This document shows, one piece after another, positions 23,555-35,032 of a stretch of 64,000 nucleotides of DNA. Both the position numbers and the translations under genes were made by a program. Within the stretch, counting starts at the first letter, position 1; each line of letters opens with the position of its first letter. The stretch is from Haliotis rubra. Taxonomy: Eukaryota. The stretch lies in assembly GCF_003918875.1 (NCBI RefSeq), contig NW_025765481.1, forward strand, positions 496,001 to 560,000, given 5' to 3'. Under the pieces are notes generated by a model. That model was not told the origin of the DNA. It ran no database searches and saw nothing but the letters and a program-made list of their open reading frames with translations.

Positions 23555-24793
23555 TACCAGTAGGTGTCACAAAAGTTTCCGGCCTCACCATGAACAGATC
23601 GCACAAACTCACCAAAACTGGAGAATAGAATCTTAGCATGTGCTTGACACGCAAAACACGAATTCCACGTGCTATAATTTGCTATATATAGCTGTCAAAC
23701 AGCATTACCCTATCGTTTGCTCTCAAAATGTAGAGAACCCAATGCAGGGCTGTGATGAAGTATTTTCGTTTAAATAAGTTTACCCCGAAGCAAATTCATA
23801 ATGAGATGAAACAAACATAAGTGACAAATGTAGTTCGGTGAAACAGTGGTATACTGAATGTACAGGCGCAGGGCAGGCGCAGCACTGAAGACGAGCCCCG
23901 GTCTGGTCGCCCTCGTAAAGTGACTACCGAAGATAAAATTGATGCTGTTCTCGACCAAATAATTAACCAATTAACTACTGCACATGACATTAGCAAAACA
24001 TCAATGGAAAGAACAAACCATGAACATTTGCATATGGACAAGGAGTCTGCCCGTTGGGTGCCCGGAATGTTATCTGAAGAACACAGACGTCAGAGAGTCA
24101 TGGTTTGTCGTCAGATTCTCGAGGACTATCGGAGAGATCCACATGGGTCATATTGTACTCAGGATGAAACCTGAATTCATCACTTTGACCCAGAGACAAA
24201 AAGTCAGAGTATGCAGTGGAAGCACGTGACGTCACCAACGCCCCCAAAATTTACAAAAATCGTCTTCCAGTGGCAATGTCCGTTTTCTGGGACTCTGAGG
24301 GCGTAATCATGATGGACTATTTAAAGAAGGGTTCAACAATAAATTGTCACATTACGCTGAGGAATTGCGTAGGTTGCGTGATCAGATCAGATGAGAGAAA
24401 AGGTAAACTTCACCGAGGTGTCTGACTCCTCCAGGACAATGCTCCAGTTCACACGGCCCAAGTAGCAGTGAGTTCAGGACCGGACTGTGGCTTCAAGATC
24501 CTTCCTCACCCAGCCTATTCTCCAGATCTTGTCCCTCCTGTCTTCTTCCTCTTCCCTCAGCATGAATCTGTCCTCGGGGGCCGCAAATTTGAGACGGATG
24601 AGGGGTCATCACTGCTGTGGAGGAGACTTTAGGGTCACGTGACAAACAATGGTTTTCAATTTCAGACGGGTTAACTATGCAAGAGAAACTTCATTGAAGT
24701 GAAGACGGATTATGTTGAAAAATAAGTACAACAATTTTCATATAGATCGCATATTAGTTTAGGAGGCCGGAAACAATTGGGACAGCCCTCGTA
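23555..24793 (+). mobile_element. Degenerate mariner DNA transposon
   Basis: Imperfect TIRs (...tgtcacaaaagtttccggcctc / gaggccggaaacaattgggaca...cctcgta). Transposase relics SARWVPGML, QDET, VFWDSEGVIMMDYL, QDNAPVH and PAYSPDL carry stops and frameshifts. Confidence 0.9.
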
Positions 24794-24847
24794 CACTGGT
24801 AACTGGGTCATCTTACCCCTTTCTAATAACCGCAACATTTTTGACAG

Positions 24848-25030
24848 CTGTGTCTGAAGCAGTTACAACGGAACTGAATGCAATTACAACCACCTCCACT
24901 ACAGAACCTACCACCCCGACTACAGAACCAACCACCCCGACTACAGAACCAACCACCCCGACTACAGAACCAACCACCCCGACTACAGAACCTAACTACT
25001 CGAAGTTTACAGCTATTCCTGGGAAGTCAG
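24848..25030 (+). CDS. Thr-rich mucin-like exon 3 with TTEPTTP repeats
   Basis: ttgacag acceptor, AAGTCAG|GTATGA donor, 183 nt, with 21-bp coding repeats. Confidence 0.75.
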
Positions 25031-25474
25031 GTATGATTGTTTACATACACTTCTATCAATATTCAAAATTAATTTAAACACACAGGTTGTTTAATGAAGT
25101 AGAATCTTTCCTTTCAAGAATATTTTTCAAAAATATAATTTGGAATACATGTACATTCCAATATATCGATTGTTTCAACAGGAATGTCTTTATGATAGGA
25201 ATATTGAAAAGAAACGTAAATCGGTACTAAACCTAAACTTTGTCACTTTCGGAAATTAAAGGAACGTCTTTACCTCAACATTAGTTATCGTGATCTGTCT
25301 ACAAACAGAGAGACCATACAATATAGCAAACTGTGTCTACCCCGCTCTCTATTCTTTTTCTTTCTCTCTTCTCTGGGCCTCTGTCTACCCTGCTCTATCA
25401 ACAAATCAACCATCCTCTCCCTTTCTACCCCTGTATCTTTCTACCCCTTTGCCCCTTCTCTCTCCATTTTTATC

Positions 25475-25750
25475 TTCTCTGAGATCAGAGAATCAGCGTC
25501 TTCTTGTTATCCCCAAAGTCAAACAAGCTAAATATGGACATCGTGCCTTCTCTTATGCTGCAGTAAAAGTATGAAATGACCTCCCTCAATCCATCCGATC
25601 AAGTTCCGACTTCTAGACATTGAAATCTCTCCTGCAAACACTTCTTTAAACCAGCCAACCATTAGTTCCCAGCTATGTACTCAACTTGTGCGCTTTGAGC
25701 AGGATATCAAGCCTGGATAGGCGCGTTATAAATATTCTTCTTCTTATTAC
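25475..25750 (+). mobile_element. 3' fragment of an L2/CR1-group LINE
   Basis: LRS..RLLVIPKV...YGHRAFSYAAVKV*NDLPQSIR motif, followed by cgctttgagc...gcgttataaat and a short repeat tail. Confidence 0.7.
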
Positions 25751-25899
25751 CTCTCTTTCCATCTCTATCATATTTCTCTCTCTCTTTCTCTCTGGCCCCT
25801 CCCCATATGTCGGTGTCTCCACATCCCGTCGCTGCTTCCTTTTGTTGTAGAAAATGTGTTGTGTGCATGCACTATAATAGATAACTAATTCGTCGACAG

Positions 25900-26163
25900 C
25901 TGTGCCAAAAGCTTTTACAACGGAATCGACTGCAACTACAACTACCCCGATTGCAACTGCAACTACCCCGATTGCAACTACAACTACAGCGACTGCAACT
26001 ACAACTACCCCGACTGCAACTACAACTACAGCGGTTGCAACTACAACTACCCTGACTACAACTACAACTACACCGACAGCAACTACACCTACCCCGACTG
26101 CAACTACAACTTCCCTGACTGCAGAATCAAACTTTGCGAATGCAGTCGGCCAGTCAAAGTCAG
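25900..26163 (+). CDS. Thr-rich mucin-like exon 4
   Basis: gacag acceptor, AAGTCAG|GTATGA donor, 264 nt. Translates AVPKAFTTESTATTTTPIATATTP...AESNFANAVGQSKS. Confidence 0.75.
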
Positions 26164-26596
26164 GTATGACTGATAGGAGTATTGTATATAGGTTCAAAAT
26201 ATTAAATTAATACAGATCGTCTTGAGGTGGAACTAGTGTCAAACTCTCTAAAGTACATATTCAAAGAACACCTATTAGAGTGAATGACCATTTTGAGATC
26301 TCTGTACAAGTTAATATCATTTTATAACATGACAGATGCTATATGATGGGTAGTCTTTTGAATATACACATGTATACATATTCCTGGTATTCGTAAATAT
26401 CGTTTTTTGTTATTCTTATTCATCGTTTCTTGTTATTCATATTTATTGTAATTCATACATATAGTTTCTTGTTATTCATATTATCGTTTCATGTTATTCA
26501 TATTATCGTTTCATGTTATTCATACTAAGTGTGTACTGGCTATAGTGTTCCAGTTAAGAGAGAGTTAATTACTTTTATCCACCCTTCCTTATACAG

Positions 26597-26699
26597 ACGG
26601 TTCTCTGATGTCAACGAATACCCAAGTAATAATCGCCGTAACCATAGGAACCCTCGCGGTTGCATCCCTCATCACATTTTTCGGTATACTTATACTTGG
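26597..26699 (+). CDS. Transmembrane exon of the PAN-mucin gene
   Basis: ccttatacag acceptor, GG|GTAAGT donor, phase 1-2. Translates DGSLMSTNTQVIIAVTIGTLAVASLITFFGILILG. Confidence 0.8.
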
Positions 26700-26719
26700 G
26701 TAAGTAGACCACGATTAAC

Positions 26720-27460
26720 GGTGTACCTGACGAGGCCGGGTAAACACGTCCTTCTGTGTACCTGACAAGGCCGAGTAAACACGTCCTTCTGTGTACCTGA
26801 CAAGGCCGAGTAAACACGTCCTTCTGTGTACCTGACAAGGCCGAGTAAACACGTCCTTCTGTGTACCTGACAAGGCCGACTAAACACGTCCTTCTGTGTA
26901 CCTGACGAGGCCGTCCTTCTGTGTACCTGAAACCGACTAAACACGTCCTTCTGTGTACCTGACAAGGCCGACTAAACACGTCCTTCTGTGTACCTCCTTC
27001 TGTGTACCTGACGAGGCCGACTAAACACGTCCTTCTGTGTACCTGACGAGGCCGAGTAAACACGTCTTACTGTGTACCTGACAAGGCTGAGTAAACACGT
27101 CCTTCTGTGTACCTGACGAGGCGGAGGGTACACGTCCTTCTGGTAGACAAGGCCGGAGTACACGTCCTTCTGTGTACCTGACAAGGCCGAGTAAACACGT
27201 CCTTCTGTGTACCTGACAAGGCCGAGTAAACACGTCCTTCTGTGTACCTGACGAGGCCGAGTGTAACACGTCCTTCTGTGTACCTGACGAGGCGGAGTGT
27301 ACACGTCCTTCTGTGTACCTGACGAGGCGGAGTGTACACGTCCTTCTGTGTACCTGACAACGCCGAGTAAACACGTCCTTCTGTGTACCTGACCCGACTA
27401 AACACGTCCTTCTGTGTACCTGACGAGGCGGAGTGTACACGTCCTTCTGTGTACCTGACA
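26720..27460. repeat. 35-bp minisatellite (gtgtacctgacaaggccgagtaaacacgtccttct)
   Basis: About 21 tandem copies starting 20 bp after the TM-exon donor. Confidence 0.95.
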
Positions 27461-27893
27461 ACACCTGAGTCTTTCTCTGTAGTAAGATTAATTTCTGTAT
27501 ATTCGGGTGATTTGACAAGGTCGAATAAACACTTTTGTGTGTGTAATCCAATGAATACGTTATACGCTTCCTGTATACATGGGTACGTTCTAGTTTGTTG
27601 TAACCTTCCATGCATCTTATGTTTCCTTTAACTATCGTTTGCAATCGATAAACTGACGTCGATGGCCTGAAAGAAAAACAAATGTTATTGTTTCAAATCA
27701 CATGATATTTATTTCTTCAGCAGGAAAAATTTAATCCAAAAGTCTCAAAAACATATCGATAATCGAAGACAAAATCTGTACAAAATATATACAATTTCCT
27801 AAGTAAAGAATAGACACCTGTGTTGAGTCAACTGTAGAGAAATCAAGCCTTCAGCATTGTGCCAGCGTGAGATACATTATTCTCTTTTTTCAG

Positions 27894-27954
27894 AAGACGC
27901 AAACGAAGGAGACGTCGTTTTGATCTAGTGGCGGGTCCCACTGACCATAACTAG
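27894..27954 (+). CDS. Terminal exon: basic stop-transfer and short cytoplasmic tail
   Basis: tctcttttttcag acceptor, phase 2. Translates (G)RRKRRRRFDLVAGPTDHN*, with TAG at 27952-27954. Confidence 0.8.
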
Positions 27955-28793
27955 AGAAGCGAAAAACGTTCCAACGCCGTCTTCCTCAGTTGAAATTCAC
28001 CAGCAATCTTCATCCTTCCAGAAAGGACCCGGATGTTCTTTGAAAAAACAATGGTGTCACATTCGTAGCATGAATTACTCCATATCAAAATCGAACAGTG
28101 TCGTCAAATCAGTTGTCCCATCGCTCCACCAGTGTCATGGTGCTGGTTTGAATCAAGCATGTTTCATAATCTTGGGTATTATCGAGTAAACTGTATATTA
28201 ATGTTGTATGTATATATTCATTGTGTATGGGTTAAATGTCGGGAGGCCATTGTATTTGAAAGCCAATTAAAGACACCACTTAGGATTTTTGTTTATTTGA
28301 CGTCGCTCTCAGCAATTTCCAACCGATCTTTAAATAATCGAGTCTGGACCAGACAGTTCAATGACTGTCATCCTGAGCATCAACTTGCGCCACTGGGATA
28401 TGATAAAATACATCTAGGAATCCATATTAAGGCTTGGATTCGAACACAGTTCAAAATAGATTGTGATAAGTTTATGATTACCCTATTTAAACGCAATGCT
28501 GTTATAGTAATGTATTACAGTCCCCGAACCACATCGTCCCTAATGCCTAGCCTTCCCTGCAATGCTAAAGCACTAGATGAAGCAAGTCTAGATTTTTCCA
28601 GGTTCGGGCTGAATCTCCCATCTCACTGGGGCTCCTTTTAAATTAAAAAGGGTTTATTTGTTACTATCAAAATTATATATATTCAGGGACTAAGCGTTAG
28701 TCTAGTAATGTATGTTTATCTCCGATAGCGGTCTGTCTATTAAGCCATTACAGGCATATGAGATACTGTATCAGATAGGTTCACACAATAGGG

Positions 28794-28926
28794 TAAGTGA
28801 ATGAGTTTAGTTTTACGCCGCTTTTAGGGGGACACCAGAAATGTGCTTCACACATTGTACCCATGTGGAGAATCGAACCCGGGTCTTCGGCATAACGAGC
28901 GAACGCTTTAACCGCTGGGCTACCCC
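28794..28926 (-). mobile_element. SINE family A with TSD tcacacaataggg
   Basis: Reverse-complement consensus with an internal deletion and a 13-bp flanking direct repeat. Confidence 0.8.
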
Positions 28927-29305
28927 TCACACAATAGGGACTCAATAAGGTAACTTATTAAACATTCTAGAGATTGCACATTCTTTTTCGAAACGACGCT
29001 ATTCATTGTTTGTGAGACTACAATAAAATGACGCATTTGATCCTATTTGGGAATACTGTTCAGTTTGTGTGCATGGTTACATGAGGCTATTGAAAGCCGA
29101 TATATATAAGTCTACAGCCTGGTGGAATGCTGGCGGTGTGTGTTATAGTGATGTTTCAGATCAGTGGCGAGTTGGTAATTGCGCACTGAGTTGGTATACA
29201 GGGAAAGGGTGGGACACTTCAGTAACATCCGTGATTCAGTTGTTTTGATGATTGTAGACAAGTAGGGCTCAGTCGATAACCGGTGTTTTCCGGATATTCC
29301 GAAAT

Positions 29306-30111
29306 TGTGTCTGCAGTGGTACGTCAGCTGATAACCTTAGTGTCTGCAGTGGTACGTCAGCTGATAACCTTTGTGTCCGCAGTGGTACGTCAGCTGATAA
29401 CCTTTGTGTCCGCAGTGGTACGTCAGCTGATAACCTTTGTGTCCGCAGTGGTACGTCAGCTGATAACCTTTGTGTCCGCAGTGGTACGTCAGCTGATAAC
29501 CTTTGTGTGGTACGCAGCTGATAGTGTCCGCAGTGGTACGTCAGCTGATAACCTTTGTGTCCGCAGTGGTACGTCAGCTGATAACCTTTGTGTCCGCAGT
29601 GGTACGTCAGCTGATAACCTTTGTGTCCGCAGTGGTACGTCAGCTGATAACCTTGTGTCCGCAGTGGTACGTCCGCTGATGATAACCTTTGTGTCCGCAG
29701 TGGTACGTCAGCTGATAACCTTTGTGTCCGCAGTGGTACGTCAGCTGATAACCTTTGTGTCTGCAACGTCCGCTTAACCTTTGTGTCCGCAGTGGTACGT
29801 CAGCTGATAACCTTTGTGTCCGCAGTGGTACGTCAGCTGCCTTTGTGTCCGCAGTGGTACGTCAGCTGATAACCTTTGTGTCCGCAGTGGTACGTCAGCT
29901 GATAACATTTGTGTCCGCAGTGGTACGTCCGCTGATAACCTTTGTGTCCGCAGTGGTACGTCAGCTGATAACATTTGTGTCCGCAGTGGTACGTCAGCTG
30001 ATAACCTTTGTGTCCGCAGTGGTACGTCAGCTGATAACCTTTGTGTCCGCAGTGGTACGTCAGCTGATAACCTTTGTGTCTGCAGTGATCAGCTAACCTT
30101 TGTGTCTGCAG
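29306..30111. repeat. 33-bp minisatellite (gtgtccgcagtggtacgtcagctgataaccttt)
   Basis: About 24 tandem copies. Confidence 0.95.
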
Positions 30112-30120
30112 TAATAATAT

Positions 30121-30205
30121 TATAACCGATATATCTTGAATGATCACCTGGAAACCGATATTTCTTGAATGATCACCTGGAAACCGATATATCTTGAATG
30201 ATCCC
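30121..30205. repeat. 29-bp repeat (aaccgatatatcttgaatgatcacctgga), left part
   Basis: Three copies. The same unit resumes at 46558-46625. Confidence 0.75.
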
Positions 30206-30499
30206 TTCATGACGCAGTTTAACGTCGGAACACTAGATAACTCATGTCACTTTGCACTGTCATGTACACTCAATATCAACACACATAACAGTAAACTCCC
30301 CTCCACCGCTCATTCTACCATGCTCACCTCTAACAGTAATACACAAGAGGGTAAACAGGATAAATGGACAAAATACATGTGGTACAAGGATGAAAACAGC
30401 ATGGGTTATTGAAGATCAATTCTAACCCGGATCTCTACAGGTCCGATTGAGACATGATGTAACATATGAAATGAAAGAAAGTGAAAAGGAGGGTTAATT

Positions 30500-31515
30500 G
30501 CAAGCTTATGGATGTATCAAAAGTGATTAAGAATTATCTGATAGAACAATTTGAATACCTACAACCAAAGCTTAGACGTAGTTATCGGCCATGAAGCATA
30601 GTTTTCAAACACTTTTGGATAATGTTATTTCATCAAATGTGAAGCTTTGATTGACCCTATCATTGAAATTTAGCTCTATTCCTATACTGTAGTAAACATT
30701 AGACACCAAATGACTTGTTTAGATTTTATATGAGTACAAATTTAGTCCTCCACTAAGTATATGTAGTTAAACTACAATGGCGGCCATTTTGAATTCTGGT
30801 TAATATGTAAACATTCTGAATAACATGCCGTCACTCTAGAAGTAAAGAGAAAACAAAAACAACTTGTTTTAGTAACAAAAATAATGTTATCTGCCATTAA
30901 ATAAATCACCCTCACACATTTCCATGAAAAGTCGGAGAATCGCTAAAATACCCCTGTCTCAAAGAATAAGCTGTAAAACATTAAATTACCACGATATGAC
31001 CATACAAAATGACTTGTTTTGTGCCAAAACCATCACTCTAGGAGAAACAAGTGTCAAAACACATCAAAAGTATCAACTTTGGATGTAAATGGAAACATTC
31101 GGTGTTCATTTTTATGTAGATTTAAGTGCTGAGAAGGCAAAACACGACAAAACAAAATGGCGGCCATAATAGTGGCCATTTTGATTTTTTTTTCAAAACA
31201 AAATTATGTCAAATAATTTCTACATCCTTTAGCAGTACACAGAAGTCAAAATGAAAGTGATCAGATTGATAGTAGTAAAACTATTAATGATTGACTTTGG
31301 GGTGTTGTCGGGCAGCAAACCAAATGTGACGAAAATGCCCCCAGACCCTCACCACATATAATGGCCTGTAGAAAAAACCTGATACCACAATCTGAGAGTA
31401 TTACAGGCCTTTTCATGAGCCCAAGACACCATATTAACTGAAAATAGTGTCAAACAAAATCAGTACTGGGGAGGCTACGATTTGAAATTTTTCAGCTGCC
31501 TCCTCCTGGACTATA
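30500..31515. mobile_element. Probable non-autonomous DNA transposon fragment ending ...cctggacta (Academ-like terminus)
   Basis: Repeated aatggcggccat(tttg) motifs and a CTA terminus. The matching left end was not found. Confidence 0.3.
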
Positions 31516-31537
31516 ACTCTTTTTCAGAAAGCAGCTG

Positions 31538-31914
31538 ATCACACAAAAAACATATATAATGGTTCATTTCCTTCACAAATAGAACTCAACCACCTTGGTG
31601 GGATCAGGAATTAGAAAACTTAAAGCATGACAAATATGCAGCACTCAGAGCCCATAGAGATCACAGTGCAGACTTTGATATCTTCAGACAGTTACGAGCA
31701 CTCTTCAAATGTACATTTAAGCAAAAAAGATAATTACATTTCCAAAATAAACAGAAAGATGAACTAGTAGCAGCAAGCACTAACCCTAAATTATTTTGGA
31801 AAACACTTAAAAAATGCAGATCTTCACCACAACTTTCATCCAATATCTCATGCTAACAGTGGACAGATCACTTCTCAGATCTGTTGTGCATTAAAACTCC
31901 TCAAAACACACCAG
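31538..31914 (+). mobile_element. Non-LTR retrotransposon ORF2 relic, 5' part (5'-truncated)
   Basis: QPPWWDQELENLK...NPKLFWKTLKK...QWTDHFSDLL...QNTP, continuing in frame at 44444. Confidence 0.8.
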
Positions 31915-32109
31915 TTTGAGATTTTGACTCAGTTGAGTTTTCTCAAATTTTCCGTTTCTCAAAACAATCTCAACTCAAACTCAACTGAGTTTTGATTTGA
32001 GATCTCGCTGAGTATTTTTTGTCCATGTTGTAAGCGGCATGAAGTGCCCGTAACTTCCGTTTCTAATGACAACAACATCGTCTGCTATCTGCTCGCTTGT
32101 CGTGAAGCC

Positions 32110-34912
32110 ATGTATACATCAAAGGTTGAGGGCAAGCGGCGACCAAATTGGTCGGAGGAAGAAAAAACATCTTTAGTGGAGGAAGTCAGTAAAAGATTGG
32201 ATCGTCTGTCATCTAAGTTCAAGGGGTGTGGCTCCATCAAAGGGACTAAGATGAAGGAGCAAGCCTGGATGGAGATAGCCGAAACTCTCAACATGTAAGT
32301 TGAATATGATAGATTTCAGAATGTAGCCTTGAATTTATGATTCACGATCAACACAACCTAAAAATACTTTCTGATAAAAGTTGCAGTCAGGTTGTTTATA
32401 TCGAACAAAACAAATGGATATAGAAACTTGGCATGGTTAGATGCCGATCGCTTACTCACTGTCGAGTCCGATTTTCGATCACCTACAACTCCTACGTTTT
32501 CATCATTCACGGATATAAACATACTCTTAAATCGTATCCTGGCTAATAAGGAAATTCTTTTCATAAATATGCACAGTGAAGTGACATGAATATCAAGTTT
32601 TTGACGGTGCTTGACATTGAAAGGATCAGTCTGGTTTATCTGTTACAGAATTTGTAAAGATGACGTCGTATTAACTTATTTTACAGGCCTGGGAACGTAG
32701 TAAAGAGATTTTTATATCTCCTTGTGCTAGATCTAGATAATATATTTTGAATAAAATGTTGGAGGCAAATATTTAGTCATTATAATTCTCTGATCAATGT
32801 TTATCTAGTTACATTTGATCATGATGAATTCTTTTAAATTTATTTGTGTACTGAATATGATTATTGTCGAGATTTAAAAAAAATATATAGTATAAGAAAA
32901 TGAAAATCACAACATTACAACAATATTTCAAATCCTCTTTTTTATTCAACTCTACCACATAAGGAATTCAAAATATCCAAGAAAATGTCTATTAGACTGT
33001 CTCAATAATCCAAATAAAAAATAACTATGTTCAGAAAATGACCAAAGAAATAGAACAGATGGACACTTGTAAATAGTAAATGAGTGACAATAATTTAAGC
33101 AAAAGTGAAAATTCTTCATATCATAATATTGTTGTTCCAGGAAATCCAATTTTGTAAAATGAACTGTGGAGGAGGTGAAGAAGCAATACGCTAATATAAA
33201 GCAGAGAGGTAAGAAAAAGTATTCAATAAACAATCATAATTGCAAAAGGGAAAGTGACTGATTGGAAAATAACAATTAATAGAAGACATACCTTCACTGC
33301 CCTGTATAACAATTTCAAGCACAGACTGAAGGCCCATACACAATATAATTACAAATATTAATAAATTTAATATACAAATAATGAATGAAGTGAATGATAC
33401 TTGACTTGTCATGAATATGTATGTTAATGATATGTACTTATTACAAAAGTGATTCATAGTAGGTAATTTAATTTTTAAAATTCCTATTATGATTTGGTTT
33501 TATGTCTTTGGCAATTCATAGCTAGTAGATTTTTCGAAATGTAAATGTAATATAGTCATAAATGCCAATATGACAGTGTTTTGTAAGATTCTTATGCTAT
33601 TTCAGAAACATATCAATATATTGTATTCTTCATAGCAAAGGACAAAGCAGACGCGATACGCCGGCCGAAGACAGGTGGTGGACCGAAGCCCCCCTCACCC
33701 TCTCTACCAGAGGCTATGGTCCTAGAGGACTTAGCTGACAGGCCTACCCTACAAGGCCTGGTAGATGGCTTTGACACGGAAGGTAAGTGATGCTATTTTA
33801 ACATAATAGAACACTTTAAAATTCAAGGTCATAACGATTTAACTGTTTCATACGCACAATTGACCATACGCCTTGCCTTAAAAATTTGCAGTAATATCAA
33901 GAGTTGCCATTCTCATTAATTAAATTTTTCTCCATTTTGTGCATGACCGAGTGTCACATTGTGCTGAATTTATATCTTGTGATTTTGGTCATCTCATTTT
34001 ATCAAATATCGATTATAGGGAAGTCGCAATGAATAATAAGTCTATTATTGCATCAAAAGCAATCTAAAGCACTAATATAGCCAATTGCATTTCGGAAATT
34101 GTGCTCTTGTGCCCTTAATTAGTACACATGAAGGCTGATAAATAATTTTTAAGTTTTGAAGTCAAATCTGAGTAGTTATATTAAAATCATATGAAGCCCA
34201 TAAATAAATTGCCTGAGGATTAGGCAGATCACCAACTTGTTGAGTTGTATCTGTTACAGATTTCAGTAGTGTGATCAACTCCATGGCGATGGAGGGGAGT
34301 CTGCCCGAAGGTGAAGCTCACCTACCTGTCAGTCAGGAATGTATTCCCAGTGAGTATAAAAAACTTAGTATATGTGCACAAAAATCACTCTATTTAATAT
34401 CATTAAAAAAAGAATTTTTCCAAAAATACCAGTAGACATCCAAATTGTTTACATTCTTTGATATCTTTTAAGTTTGGAAGTGTAAATAGATCAACAGGCT
34501 CTGCATGCTTAAAGATTGAGGATATAATGTCAAAATGTGTACTCTTTTTTAGATAAATAGGCAATGTCTGGTCTACAGTACTTGTAGATAGTATACATGT
34601 CAATCATCAAAAACAAATTCCAAATTTGTCATATTTGTTCCAGATCACACCTTGCCTGTTGATGTCCTTATTGACAACCAGGGTATGCTGCACATCCCCT
34701 CCACAACAACAACAACGAAAGTGAGCAAGAAAAGAAAGTTAATCGATGATGAAGTGTCTGTTCTCCAAGCAGAAAGAGACAAATACATTGCAGAATGTGA
34801 AAAGTTAAAGCAAGAAGCCATTTTTTTCAGAATTAAGGCTGAGGTGGAAGAACTGAAAAAAGAAAAATTACAATTGGAAATAATGAAGCTGAAATGTCAA
34901 AATGAGCAGTGA
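32110..34912 (+). pseudogene. Harbinger Myb/SANT-like DNA-binding gene, copy 1 (exons 32110-32294, 33141-33208, 33636-33782, 34260-34349, 34644-34912)
   Basis: KRRPNWSEEEK...KEQAWMEIA, KTGGG and a C-terminal coiled coil. TGA at 33160 in exon 2 where copy 2 has AGA. Confidence 0.8.
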
Positions 34913-35032
34913 TTTGGGATCTACATAGAATCCTACTAGCATATTTGTACATGGAATATTTCACACAATGAAAATTTGTTTGTTCATTATGTTATGTAAC
35001 AAATCATCATTTGAAGATAATTTGTACAATAT

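Noticed and set aside
20299-23628. Long Pro/Leu/Ser-rich ORFs in all three plus frames
   Set aside because: They arise from 43-bp and 35-bp pyrimidine-rich intronic minisatellites.
26611-30210. Repetitive ORFs (RYTEGRV..., TQRLSADVPL...)
   Set aside because: They are by-products of tandem repeats.
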